A DNA stretch of 57,230 nucleotides, filler included, from Sphacelaria rigidula (taxonomy: Eukaryota), in the NCBI GenBank assembly GCA_964200075.2. It is 5 parts of 5 records of this genome, joined end to end, with 100 filler letters (N's around TTAATTAATTAA, not from the genome) between each part and the next. Parts side by side here need not be neighbours in the genome. Positions count along the whole stretch, not along the records: positions 34,401 to 45,765 come from CAXNAA020005018.1; positions 45,866 to 57,230 come from CAXNAA020005019.1; 3 more parts are not named here. One strand, given 5' to 3'. Below, in pieces: positions 36,915-49,700 of this stretch. The position numbers and the translations under genes are program-made. Under the pieces are notes generated by a model, which was not told where the DNA came from, ran no database searches, and was given only the letters and a program-made list of their open reading frames with translations. Every line of letters begins with the position of its first letter. Positions within the stretch are counted from its first letter, which is position 1.

Positions 36915-37115
36915 GAGCGAGGCTGCTATTACACTTTTGGGCTTGTTTGCAGCAATTTCGCCCACATGAGAGCCGTATAGCAGTCCGGAAACAGATATAA
37001 TGCCCACCTGAGTCGCTTTTTGCAGCACGAAACCGGCTCGAACAGCACTTATGATCATGTCCTCCGTGCACGTTTTTCGCCGGTTCGTGGGGGGGCTATC
37101 TCGGCATTAGTCTAT
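36915..37115 (+). mobile_element. Right-end homologue of the ATAGACT MITE
   Basis: Aligns to 20175-20373 and ends gctatctcggcattagtctat. No left TIR nearby. Confidence 0.85.
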
Positions 37116-38170
37116 GGTATGAAAATGACGGCGGCGTCGGCTCAGGTTTTACCGCGTTCATCAGCGGCTACGGGGATGCCGGCGGATCGGCGACGGTATT
37201 CATTCCATAACGCCCCCTGCCGTCGAGCGGTAACGGCGGTGGTCGCAGAAGCCGTACACGCGAAACAGGTCGCACGGAAGATACACCACTTGCCGGGGAA
37301 CCAGACTGGATACTAACACCTGATGTGTCAGACGGATTGCTTGTAGCGGGGGCGGACTGGACAAAGAAACCGAGGGGTGGCGGCAAAACGCCTTCGGCGG
37401 AATAATGGCGTGAGCCAATTCTGGGGGAAGAATGAAAACTATCTCTTTCCTCACTCGGGGGCTGACCAGAAGACTCTACAGTAACATTGGGCGCATGATG
37501 CGCCGGGGAAAATTCTACGAGAGAATTCCGGAAATCAGATTCATCGCAAACAGTCCGGGCAGCTGCCGGTGGAGACCCTACCATAGTACGTAATAGGGTG
37601 TTTGCGGAGACCAAAATCGGGTCCGGTCTTGAAGTCCAGAGCAAGACCGGAATGTCACCCGATTTCGGTTCAACAGCTAGGTTTTAAAGACCCCACCGAC
37701 TTTGGTGATGTGAAGACCAAACTTGGGTCTTGGGCTCGGGCTTTCCTGTTGGTCGACGATCCTTAGTCCGCATTACGGTTAGGATTACTCTGGTTTGGGG
37801 GGCATATTTGCCCTCAAAGTCCGCAGCCAAAAGACCATTCTGGTCTTCACTCGGTTTGGTCTTTTAGATTTTCATGCTATTGGTCAACAGACCCGAAGGG
37901 GTTTCCGTCCTCCCGGCACATACCACACCAGCTCTATCATCGCGCGTAGGGCGTACACCAGATCATCCGCGGAAGACGGTTGGTGTGACACTGGTGTTTT
38001 CATGAAGTCAGCGCAGAAGCATATATATGCACAAAGAAAGAGTGTTGAGCACAATTTGACACAGACAGCAAGTAACACGAACAACATGAGACAAACGTGA
38101 CGTGTATCCGGCTTGCATGGAAGTTCAGAGAAGAAGGAAGTGAGCATGCGATACAGCAGGACACGGATTT

Positions 38171-40124
38171 CGGCTCACCTTCCACAGAAAAGGCTAAGTC
38201 GAGGTGAAATGAAAGATTCTCGCGCAAACCGCGATCATGGCCGGGCGTTTAAAGATCGGCCCTCGGCAAAAATTGAGGACCCATCTAAAATGAGGGGAAG
38301 ATCCATCACATTGGAAATGTGCTGTTTCACCGTGCTGCAACACAAACATACTCACGCTCTCTCTCATGTGTTGTAGCTGACACTGTGCTGTGGTGTGTCC
38401 AGACCTTTCCGAAGACGGTTCGATCTCCGCTCTGAATTGCCTTACCGTCATTCACCGCCTTGGTCCTTACAGAAAATGAGCGAAATTATGTTTTTCGGCA
38501 CGCAGTTCTGTATACAGACTACTGTCGGTGTTGTAATGCGTGAGAGGACCGCGTGCTTCGAGGACCGCATCGGAAGTTGAACACTCCTAGGGTTAGGGTG
38601 AGGGTGAGGGTTAGGGTTAGTGTTAAGGTTAATTTAGTCGTCGCTGTACTGTTGTGCATTCAAGCACTCTACGACGAACATGGTGTGATGTGCGCTGGAG
38701 AGGGCCTAAACAATTTTAATGCTGCATACACAAAGTTGAAACGAATACGTGACGACTGTCTATGCAGCTGGTCTTCGGAATTAAGTTGTAGTCGGGTGCT
38801 GTGATCAGAAACGACACGCAAGGCGGACGCGTGCAGGTTGGAGCAATCACACTGAGCCAGCACGGAGCTGCTGTATCCCAAGCGGTTGATGATAGCAGCT
38901 GTCTGCCTTGATGTCTCATGTGATGGATATTTCCCTTATTTCAGACGGGTCCTCTGTTTTTGACGAGTGCCGATTTTTTAACGCTCGGCGATGATCGCGC
39001 CTCGCGAAAATCTTGTTACTCACTTCGAGTCACCCCTATCTGTGGGAGGTGCAGGGTGAGCCAGATTTTCAGACAGTCGTACAGAGGTTTATCACTACTT
39101 TATGAAAACGCTGGACAGTGTTACCCAAGGTCGGCCTCCCGAGCAGTGCGTGCCCCGTTGTGCTGGACAGTGTTGGAGAGTTGGTGGGTGCATAGCGAGT
39201 GACACTAAACGCTATGCCGAGAGCAGAAAGCGGCGCGGATCTGCTGTGATCGCCCCCAAAAGCCGGCGAAGGAAAGCATATCACAAGGTCATGGCGCACC
39301 CTCGACAGTACAGCAGACTACATGAATAGAAGTGTACTGCGTACACTGCAGGAGCGGAAATACTGTTTCTCAGGTACGCGGTACACTCTTTTTTCCCGAT
39401 GTAGACTGTTGGCCAGGGTGTCTCGTTTTTCAAAGCCGTGACCTCGGGAGTTGCTCAAGACTCAGAAGTGGTCAGCAAACTTGATATGTAGTCGCATGTC
39501 TCTGTAAGCGCTTTGGGGATCCAAAACCAATCAATCGCCGCTGTGTTGACACACTGCGGTTGTACGTTGTTCGTGCTAATCGCTGTTGAGTACAGTCAGT
39601 ACTGTCTGTTGGTTGTGCTCCAGTCAGCTAATTATCGGCTCACCTGCCACGGATAGGGATAACCCAAAGTGAACATGAATTATTTTCGCGCGAAGCGCCT
39701 ATATGTCCAATCCGAAATCAGGGGAAGACCTATCGCAAAGGACATGCCCTGTATCACTGTGCTTCAGCACAAACACTCTCATGCGCTGTCTCTTGTGCTG
39801 CAGCTGTAGGTGCGCTGTGGTGTCTGCAGGCCTTTTTGAAGACAGTTTGGTCTCCGCTTGGACTGACTGCCTGAGGTGCTCTATTACTGTCATGGCGTTC
39901 GTCTCTTCGAAAAATAATGCTGTCGACATCCAGTGCTCTCTACACTATGTTAAACCTTCATGGCGTGTGAGCTATTTCGTCTCGAGCCAAGCGAACAAGG
40001 CGCTTCCCAAAACCATCATTTATATGCTGTAGTTGTCGCTGTGCTGTTGCGTATCTAAACACTCTACGACGATCACGGTGCGATGTGCGCTGGAGAGTGC
40101 AGAAACAATTGTAGTGCTGCATGC
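38171..40124 (+). repeat. Diverged ~500-bp direct repeat (38171-38729 and 39637-40124)
   Basis: Shared blocks cggctcacct(t/g)ccac, cacaaaca, gctgtggtgt, and cactctacgacga...gatgtgcgctggagag. Confidence 0.8.
38589..38631 (+). repeat. Short interstitial telomere-like (TTAGGG) tract
   Basis: tagggttagggtgagggtgagggttagggttagtgttaaggtt. Confidence 0.75.
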
Positions 40125-40959
40125 TATGTTTCGCTCTGCAAATGAATGGGGTAGGATCTGAGTACTGTATTTATCGCCCTTTGGAGGAATCATACCTTGT
40201 TTGGGACTGAACACGGATAATAATACACTTTACATCACGACCTACTGTTTGTTACCTCGAGTTTACCTGAACGCTCCGCAAAATTTAGAGAAAATACTAC
40301 ACGAGAAGCCCTCACGAATTTACACCCACCCGCACTCAAGCGCGGACAAAAGCAGAATGTATCATATTCTTGTAGGTTACGGTGTATCTTCGCTTGGTTC
40401 AGCGGCAACAGCGAGCGTGCATCGTTTTGCAGGGAACGCAGTCCACTGCACGCTACTGGTGTCTCTGCTTAGTGTTCCATAACAACACTACAGTGTGAAG
40501 CTATGTTAGCAACACAAAAGGGGTCAGGTGCCCATGTGATTCATGACTTGTGCAAACTTGTGATAAAAATGATTCTCCTACTCTAGTCTGCGACAACTTC
40601 TGTGCAAACCGGATACACGTCACGTCAATCGCCGCCTGTGTCAAATTGTGCTCAACATACTATTTCTTTGTGCATATGTTGCTGTGCTGGCTTCGAGAAA
40701 TCCACCGCCACACCATCACCCGTTCATCCGCCATGTCCTGGGCGTGTGCTCTGGTGTTTGCGCGAGCAGCGAGGTGGCTGGTGTGGTGTGTGTTGTCCGA
40801 CGGACGGTTACACGTTACACGTCACGCCTCTTGGCCAATAGCGTCTCCAAATAAAAATCCAAACCGAGCGAAGCGCAACCATCGGACTTTGGACTGACTT
40901 TGGACTTCGGGAGAATTCCAAAGTCCAAGTCCTGACCCGAATTTGGTCTTAGCAAACAC

Positions 40960-41900
40960 CGTAATGACTCTACAGTGGTAGGGAGATCTGACTCAACAGT
41001 AGTTAGTGTATCTGACCGTACACTGGTTGGCGAAGCCACAGTAGGTGCATCTGACCTTACATTGGAGGGCAAAACTGTAGTGGTTGAGGGAGTCGAAACT
41101 ACGGTACTTGAGGGATCAGACTCAGTAACGTTTTAGGGGGAAGGACGCGTCGCTACGTGCGATGAAATTCGCTATTTGCGGTCAAATCGTAATCTGCCAT
41201 TGAACAAATGTACTCCAGTCGAATTCAAAACGACACCATGTCGCTCCCATGTGGTGAAGAGAGAAAAGATTGAACTTGATGCCTTCTACGACGTAGACAT
41301 CGGTCAACTGTGGTGGGAAGTCACTTGGGGGAACTGAAACATCCAAAGATCTCATGTGAAATATCAAGTTCAAGCTACCTACTGCCCTCACAGAAGAGCC
41401 TGGATCCGTTTTTGAGGTTCAACATTTCAATATGTTTCAAATCGAAAACAGGGCTTTCCCTGACCTCAAGCCATGACCAATACATTTAACATGGACGACC
41501 TCATGCCCCCCGACCTCCTTGAAACTATTTTTGAGGGTAGCCCGTCTTCCGTGCCCCCAACGTGTTTGTGCGAAAGCAGCTTTTCGCTTCGATATCGGGG
41601 CGAAAAAGGGGACGTTTTCAGCCCGAATTTGGCGCTTTCACATATACACTTTGAGGGCACGGAAGACGGGCAACCCCCGAAAATAGTTTCAAGGAGGTCG
41701 GGGAGCATGAGGTCGTCCATATGAAATTCATTGGTCATGACTTCACGTCAGGGAAAGCACTGTTTTCGAGTTGAACCTAATTAACATGTTGAACCTCAAA
41801 AACGGATCCAGGCTCTTACAGGGAGTCTGGTCCCGTCTCTTGGGGATATTGTTGTGTGTATCCCTGCACGCGGGATCAGAGGCCGACTCCACCGAGGTTA
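40960..41900 (-). pseudogene. Copia-type polyprotein remnant (protease region) interrupted by a foldback MITE
   Basis: After MITE removal it reads RDGTRLPVRAVGSLNL...LTDVYVVEGIKFNLFSLH, the typical Copia protease C-terminal pattern, followed by an S/T-rich tract. Confidence 0.65.
41394..41817. mobile_element. 424-bp foldback MITE, 4-bp TSD ACAG
   Basis: ~185-bp arms starting aagagcctggatccgtttttgaggttcaacat. acag lies at 41390-41393 and 41818-41821. Confidence 0.93.
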
Positions 41901-41977
41901 GTCGGATCTAGGGCGTCGGAAAGCTTGGGCAGCAGAACTACAGCAGCAGTACTTCAGAACAGAAGACGATGGTTCGA

Positions 41978-42306
41978 TGTTGTGAACAAGGCGCTTGCGA
42001 CAAACACAAATAATTGAAGTAGACAGACACAGGCTGCTGATTGCCCAGGTAGGATGGTGATCCTAGAGGTGAAAAGGAACCCAGACAAACCAGGAAGGTA
42101 AATAAGGAGTGAGCTCGAACACCGAGCACAGCTCATCAACATCTGCTTTACAGACGTTGGCATATTCCTCCGCAGACGTTACATGCCAACCGGCACATAA
42201 TATGCAGACTGTATTTTATAGCCACACTACAACAATGAGTGATGATGCATGAACAGTGCCACTATACATTGACTACATAGAGGAATGTGTAGACAATTCC
42301 GTAACA
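41978..42306 (-). repeat. Putative 3' LTR of the Copia element
   Basis: On the minus strand a purine tract gaaggggag (42315-42307) directly precedes TGTTAC. A candidate end ACAACA lies at 41983-41978. No second LTR is available to confirm the boundary. Confidence 0.55.
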
Positions 42307-42439
42307 CTCCCCTTCGATGACAGTTGCCTGTGAAGTGCGACACCTATTATTGTAAAAAAACACACCAACATGTTTCTTACAAATTGTACACATAAACAGA
42401 GTTGCCAAATGTTCACTCTCCGAAGTTCTTGATCCTGTC

Positions 42440-45400
42440 GACAAGCCAACGAAAGCGATGCTTGGTCAAAAACTTGGTTCCGATGTCGGCGAGTTATTGC
42501 TCCGTGCGAATATAATGAATGGTTATTTTGCCCTCCTTGACCATCTCTCCGATGTAGAAGAAACGTAGAGCGATGTGCTTTGTGCGAGAACTGTACGCCT
42601 CATTGCCGATGACATGAAGAAGAGTGGCCGTATTATCGACGTGTAACGACACTTGTTCAAACTGCTGTCCGAAACTCAACTCGATCATCATGCTCGAGCA
42701 AAACACAGCTTCCTTCATTGTCAGAGCTGCAGCCACCAGTTCTGCCTCCATGGTTGACATCGCCGTCAGGCTCTGAATTCCTGGCTTGAAGCTTCCGTGT
42801 GCCTTACACAATATCATGAGATAAGCTAAGGTCGATTTACCGTTGTCAGGGCTGTTACCCCAGTTTGCATCCGAAAACGCAGTGAGCTTAAATCCTCCTC
42901 GCTTGTATATGATGGTCAACGCCTTTGTTCCAGCAAGATACCGTACAAGATGCTTCACAGCGCCCATGTGAACTTTGGCTGGCTTCGACATTGCACGAGC
43001 AAGCTGGCAAGATGCACACATCACGTCGTGACGAGTGATCTGCGCTAGGTACACCACATAACCTGTTATGGCCTGACACTCCTAGGTTTCTTCTTCGCCA
43101 AGAAGAGTATCCTCCGCTTGTTCCGTAGACAACTCCGGACCGAATCCCGGGGTGTACACAGGCTTGCAGTCTTCCATTCCAAATCGTGCAAGAATTGATC
43201 TTGTATATTACTCCTGAGTGATGGCGAGCGTACCTTCTTCACGATCATGAGTGACTTGCATCCCCAGTCCAAGCGATGCATTCTCCATGTCACTCATCTT
43301 GAACTTATCGATGAGCTTCCTCTCGATATCTTCGACCACGCTGAGGTTACTCCCGGCGACAAGGAGGTCGTCGACGTAGAGGGTAATGATCACAATCGTC
43401 TGATTATGGTTGTATATGTAGACGCAGGGATCTGAGTTCAGAGACGTGAATCCCAGCTCTCTTAGTTTCGGATCTATCGTTTCCCACCAGTTTCGTGGAC
43501 TTTGGGCCAGTCCGTAGAGGCTCTTTTCCAGCTTCATGACAAGTTAGATTCAATCCTTACTGTTGGTCTCGAAACCAGGCGCCGTTTTTATGAACATGTC
43601 TTCCTCGACGTCCGCATAAAGAAAAGCAGTCTTCACGTCAAACTGGATTACTTCCCAGTTCAACTCAGTAGCGATCGCGAGCACCATTCGAATGCTTTGT
43701 AGTCGGCAAACGGGAGCGAAGGTGCCGCCACGGTCTTTCCCGGGGACTTGGTTCCAGCCCTGTGCGACCAGTCTGGCTTTATATGTCTTGTTTGGCTTTA
43801 CTTTAAAGACCCAGTTACAGTCGATAATTTTCGATTCCAGAGGGACATCTGTCTTTGGGACGAGGGTGTAGACTTTCAGATCTTGCAGACTGTTCAATTC
43901 CTTTTGAGCTGCTTCTTTCCACATCGTAGATTCCGGCAACTACATAGCTTCTTCAAAAGTCGCTGGATTTCGATCGTTCCCGATCGAAGTTTTATATTTG
44001 TCGCTGCGTAGGCATACTCGACCAGACTAAGCTGTTCATGTGTGTGTGCCACGTCTGGAAACTCCCCTTCAGCGAAGTAAGCAAGTTTCCTAAGTTCACG
44101 GGCTGTTCTCGACATAGGCATACGTTGATTACGCTCTGAAGGCACACGTTGATTACGCTCTGAAGGCACACGTTGATTACGCTCTGAAGGCACACGTTGA
44201 TTAGTCTGCCCACGCGTTCTGGTGTGAACGCCCGATGTTCGACCGGCGATGGTTCAGGCGATGCCGAACGTTCAGGAGCAGCAAGTAGGTTTCGAGACCT
44301 GATTTCATTCGTGAGATCGAGTATTTGATTCACCGGAACGCCTTCAGTCACACGGTTTTCCGAGGGCGAATTAAGATCAAGGCTGGACGTATATAGTTAC
44401 ACACGTCTCGCACAAGGTTCTCATGCTCGTCGTGAGAAAACGTTCCTTCGTCAAAACCGCTCATCAAGTGTAGTTCAGACATGACAGGAGGTGTCTCGAT
44501 GAAAACGACGTTCCGATTCTTGCGTACTCTTCGAGTTTCTGGGTGGTATATTCGAAACGACTTGCTCTCCATGCTGTATCCTGCCAGTCGTCCTTCCTAG
44601 GCGTGGGGTTCCAGTTTCTTGGTATGTGTTTCTACGTCAACAAACGCTCTTGCTCCGGTGGTCCAAAGGTGTCCAAGAATAGCTTCCTCGGCGTAAAGAG
44701 CTTTGAAGGGTGTTTAGTTGTTTAGAGCTGAGTGTGGAACTCTATTGATCAGGTATGTGACAGTTTGCATGAGTTCTCTCTTTAGGAAACGCGGTAAACC
44801 TGAATCAGACAGCACGCATCTCACCATACCCGCTAAGGTGCATCCTAACCGCTCGTTTGCGCCTATTTGTTGAGGAGTATTTGTTGATGCTTGCGCAAAC
44901 TCGAGCTTTATATCTATGTCGAGGCAATACTTGCGAAAGGTCGAACCTGTATTTTTTCCTCCCTTGTCCGCTCTCAGCCGCTCCAAGCGCAATCCAGTGG
45001 GGATGAGTACGACCTGGTTGTATAGCTGTAGGGCGTCAACAATAGAACCCTTCTCCTTGATCATGGAAATCTCCGTCCATTTTGTAACATGATCATTAAA
45101 CTTGACAACGTGATTGAAGCCACCCAGTGTCTGAGGGAAGATTGGTCCCATGATGTTGGTGAAGACTAGCTGAAAGGGAAGCTTGACGTTGTAAGACGCT
45201 TTCTTCGGGTGCGGTTGTTATGCGCTCTTGCCCTCAGCGCAAACATCACAAGCCAGTGGATCTCCGTCAACATCATTACCCTGTACTGTCCGTAGGTTAT
45301 TCATACTTCTGCTATTCATGTGACCCAGGCGGCGATGCCACAGGTCTGCTGATTCGGTCCGCAAAGCTACACTATCAGTGACATTGTATGCAGGTAGTTC

Positions 45401-45705
45401 CAAAGAAAAGGAATATAACTCATCATTCTGAAGACGCTGCAACGGTATGGCAACTTGTCCTACCTCCAATCGTGGTAGTGAGGGATAAAAAATCGTAGTC
45501 ACTCCCCTTCTTGTAGCTGTCGGGACAGAGAAGAGATTCCTTCCAAGGCCAGGAACGATAAACGCACTGAAGTTGATTGGTATGTTGTGACCGTTGATGT
45601 CATTAACAGTACCGTGGATAGTACCTGTACCGACCCCTTCGAGTTGATGGCCACCAGCCGTGCAGATGTTGTGAAGCTTGTGAAGTACAGTGTAGTCCTT
45701 CATGA
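42440..45705 (-). mobile_element. Ty1/Copia LTR retrotransposon pol (PR-IN-RT-RH), decayed and 5'-truncated
   Basis: LWHRRLGH and CDVC; integrase LRADKGG...QQIGANER; RT KARLVAQG, DVKTAFL, SLYGLAQSPRNW and YVDDLL; RH FSDANWG, STMEAE and TKHIALRFF. IN precedes RT. Many stops and frameshifts. Confidence 0.96.
44117..44203. repeat. 24-bp minisatellite (~3.6 units) in the Copia IN-RT linker
   Basis: ggcacacgttgattacgctctgaa repeated. Confidence 0.95.
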
Positions 45706-45765
45706 CACTTTCGACGATAGCCCCCCCCCCAAACCAGCTAAAAGTGTCACGAAAAAAATGGTCAT

Positions 45766-45865
45766 NNNNNNNNNNNNNNNNNNNNNNNNNNNNNNNNNNN
45801 NNNNNNNNNTTAATTAATTAANNNNNNNNNNNNNNNNNNNNNNNNNNNNNNNNNNNNNNNNNNNN
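45766..45865. other. Artificial contig-joining spacer
   Basis: N44-TTAATTAATTAA-N44. Confidence 0.98.
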
Positions 45866-46746
45866 CCCCCCAAACCAGCCAATGAGTACGCCCCCCCCCC
45901 CCCCAAACCAGCCCAAAATTGTCACGAAGAAAATGGCCATACAGCGCCTGGCTGATATTTGGTGTCAGACTCTGCATGAAGCGCCTCATATGGGCGACGT
46001 CGGCGAAAACGAACCCAACCGTGGGAATTCGCAGCTGCTTGCTGTTGTCCTTGGCTCGTATTTTCATTTCATTTCACGTGTAGATTTGCCTCCTCAAATC
46101 AGCCACTTTTTCGTGGGGGAGGGGAGGAGGGGGGGGGGGTATCGTAGAAAGTAGTGTCCAAATAGCTTCGAATATCTATCATGAACGAAAAATGGCAGAC
46201 TCGTTTTTTTTTCCATCTATCTACAGCGAGCACGTGTGATTTTAACGCCAGCAGAACATGCGAGGAAACGGCGGACATGTTCTGGGTAAAACCCAGCCAC
46301 ATTCCTCGAGGTACTCGACCCCGAGCCCAGGAGAAAATGCCTTCTTCAAAGTCCTCCTGAAACGTAAAATTGTACACACATAAAGTCATCCACACGAGAG
46401 TTAGAGGGGGAAAACTAGGATCACTACAACACATAGGACCCATCAACGTCCGCTTCAGCTTGAGTGATACTGCGTTGCTTTGCAGTATTGGTACGAAATC
46501 ACCACACAGCCTTGTGTGTGCACTTGTCAGCGAGGAACTGACTGCGGGGAGAGGGAGGCATACGTGAACATTCGATCTGACGCCTGGCCACGTCAGTCGG
46601 TGATTAACAACAACAGTATTATTAGTTGCTCCTTGTCATCACTATTATACAATGACGAATATCTTGTAACTAGGAGCAGTGAATCCAGGTGAAGTACTCT
46701 ACACACGCGTCTCGAAGTGATGTCGACTTCACCCGATAGCGACAGC

Positions 46747-49700
46747 ATGGCCAATGTTATGGGAGAAAAAGCAAGGGGTGGGAGCAGGCGGTGGTCGCTG
46801 GAAGGCAAGACTGCTCTCGTTACTGGGGGATCCAAGGTACGTGATGATGTATGTGGCCGTATTAGGTACTTGCGACTTCCGTGCGCAATTGATGATCTTT
46901 TGTGTACCATGGTGACTGATATTCTGGGGTGCCGTTATGTCCGTCCCTAGCCGTGGATAGCAGCAAGCCACCAACTCTGATGCCCTTGACACGTCGTCGG
47001 GGGTATTTCGGATTTCCTACAATTCTACTACGTTGTACTGACTTATTTATATGTCATGCTTCCCCCCCCTGTACTTGATTTCGTTTCAGACGCCGCCGCT
47101 GGCAGGTACACCCAGAAATGCTCCTTGTTTTGTCCCTTAACGCGCATGGTAGCATTTGGCTAATCATGCGCACCTTGGTGCCATCCCCAAGGGCCACCGT
47201 CGTGTCTTTCGGCAAGTATGTTGAAAACCTGTCCTCAAAGTACTCTCGCAATTGCTTTATTGTCACCCATAACTTTTCGGATGACCACCTCGCGATTGTG
47301 AAACTGTCCTGTCTGTACACATACACGTCCTCGTCCAGGGCAACCCCCCCCCGCAAACACTCCTGTGCCCTTGACGGTTGCACTGGCTCTATTTTTCCAC
47401 CCCCCCCCCCGAAACAACAGTACCTGTACATACACGTTCAGTGAGAACTGGACGACTGTCAGTCCTGCACCACAAGAGGACGCTGTTACAGTAGAGTTAG
47501 TAAACCCTGAAATGGGGGAAACCCAAGCAAAGTCTCATGTGGTGTAAAATGCGAGTGAAATTTGGTGTGGGTGGTGCGAGTGATCGTTCCCACTGATTCA
47601 CACACTGCAATGACGAACAACAGTATTGTACAGTATCGTGTACTGTTGAGTTATTCGGTCGAGTTTGGGTCGAGTCACTGTTGAATACCAGAGGGAGAGC
47701 CAGCTGGACGAAGTGTTGAGCTGCAGCCCTTACAACGAGGGAAAAATCAGTAGATGTTGTTGTGCTCTAAAGAAAGTGGCGAAAATCCTGCACCTTCGGC
47801 TCATGACATGCCGAGGGTGTCCATCTGCCGGCACTACAGTAGTCAGCGTCAGAAGTATGCAGGATTCGTATTTTCTCAGTTTCTCAAAGATTTTCCAAAT
47901 TTGTTTCGCTTGCCACCGCTCATCACGGTGACTGTTGGATGCCGAAAAGTGGGCATCTGGAGATATTTTAATCCTCTTGACAAATATTGAAAGGAAAAAT
48001 ATCTGCGATCAATATTGAGTGACTCACGGGTTTGACCGATCTTCGGGGGTCCTGCGAAAGTGCAACCTCAGGTTTTAGCTTTTCGGTATTTTCGGTGGAC
48101 CGACATATAAGTGAAAACTCGAAGAGGATTTTTTTTTTGAAATCCCACCTGTTCACTGCGCTACAGCCGGAAAACCATGTTTCTTGGACCATTCACGGTC
48201 AATAACACTCTCCTGATGAACGGGATCTTTACTCCGTATCGCCCCCACAACACCAACTTGGGCATTGTGATTTGAGCACGGTCTGCTGTCTCTGCCAAAA
48301 CTATCGACGCTAGCACTTTCGAGTGCTCATGAAAAACATTATGCGGAAAAACCCCGAAAATATGTCATTCGCAGAAAATGCTAGACTGAGGTCTGTGCAC
48401 TATAGGAGGGAAAGACGATCTCGATCGTTACTGTGAAGAATTTAATACGTATTCATTTATGTGAGTATTTTCCGTTTCGTTGCGGAAGAGCCGGACAACT
48501 GTTTATACTGGGTCAAAAACGGTCAATAACACCCTCCTGATAAACGGGGTATCTAGCCCGTATCGCCTCAAAAACACCAACTTGGGCACCGTAGTTGAGC
48601 GCGGCCTACGCTTTCCCCCTAAATCTACCGGCGCTGGCACTTTCAAGTAGTGATGAAGAATAGTGATCGAGAAAAGCTGCAAAATTACAACAACTACGGA
48701 TTCTGAAAACTTCTGATGCTGACTACTATACCCCGTTCGGCGCCCCCAGTCGTGCTCGTGGCCATTTTTTGGCCTGTCTATTTTCGGAGTTTTCAGAATA
48801 GTTGTTGTGATGAAAGGCACAGCACAACCCATGGAAGCAAGGGAGTCTGAGCCCGGTGGGCCGTTGCCGTGCACATCATCAGTATCATTGTGAAGTACAG
48901 AGTACAGTACAGTAACATCTGCGGGATGCTGAGTTGTTTCGGCTGCGGCCGTTGTGCTGGCGGACCCCTCGACAGATACAGCTGTGTTTGCTATGCTCTG
49001 CGATACAGATGCCGAGAAAACTCCAACCCGCTCGCTCAACCATGGCATTGAAAAAATGAAAATGTATCGTATTGTATTTCTCTGATTCTGCCCCGGAGGA
49101 CTGCAAAAGGGTGTTGGTGCGTTGAAATGTCGTACGCGTCCCTACAAAGCCGGGACGGAGCACGCCGCGTTTCCGCTGGACCAGGCTCGCAATCAATCAC
49201 CAAGCTCGAAGCGCCGTGTTGTGTTCAGCGAGTCACATGAAGGGTGAGCTTCGTCGAGCTAAGATTGCTCGACTCGAAGCGTACTGGTTATACTGTATAT
49301 GGATATGACAGCCTCCAACGAGTTGTTTATTTCTGGTATCGCCATTTACAGAGACAGCGATGGGTTAACCACTGCCTGACGTGGGTATCTCCCCACGTGG
49401 TATGATCATCCCCTTTGCACGGAATTGAGGTTCTCCTAGACATTGGATGGCATGAATCACGATAGGCCCATATATTAATATAACTGTCGCACGAATCAAT
49501 CATGCGCCTGATTGATCAATCTCTTGCACTTACCAGTGCGTGAAGTACCACTTCATGCGCACAGTTTTGCCCACGATAGTTCGTACTGCATGAATCGAGC
49601 GTACATTTTTCACACCCGTGATTCATACGGCGTGAATCATACGCACATGTTCCACACCAGTGATACATACGGCAGGTATCACTCGCACACGTTTTTCGCC

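Larger units (their letters stand above)
37590..40960. repeat. Inverted pair of diverged repeat copies (~37590-38125 and ~40596-40960)
   Basis: tgttgagcacaatttgacacag...acgtgacgtgtatccgg vs ccggatacacgtcacgt...ctgtgtcaaattgtgctcaaca. Also ggtgtttgcggagaccaaaatcgggtc vs gacccgaatttggtcttagcaaacacc. Confidence 0.8.

Noticed and set aside
45704..46158. Apparent TIR element and sequence overlap spanning the spacer (ccccaaaccagc...tgtcacgaa on both sides)
   Set aside because: The two sides are different contigs and the copies differ in sequence. Both contigs simply break in the same high-copy repeat.
47054..47431. Minus-strand ORF in SDR intron 1 as a LINE/Penelope fragment
   Set aside because: Protein-like, but no diagnostic motif could be identified by eye.
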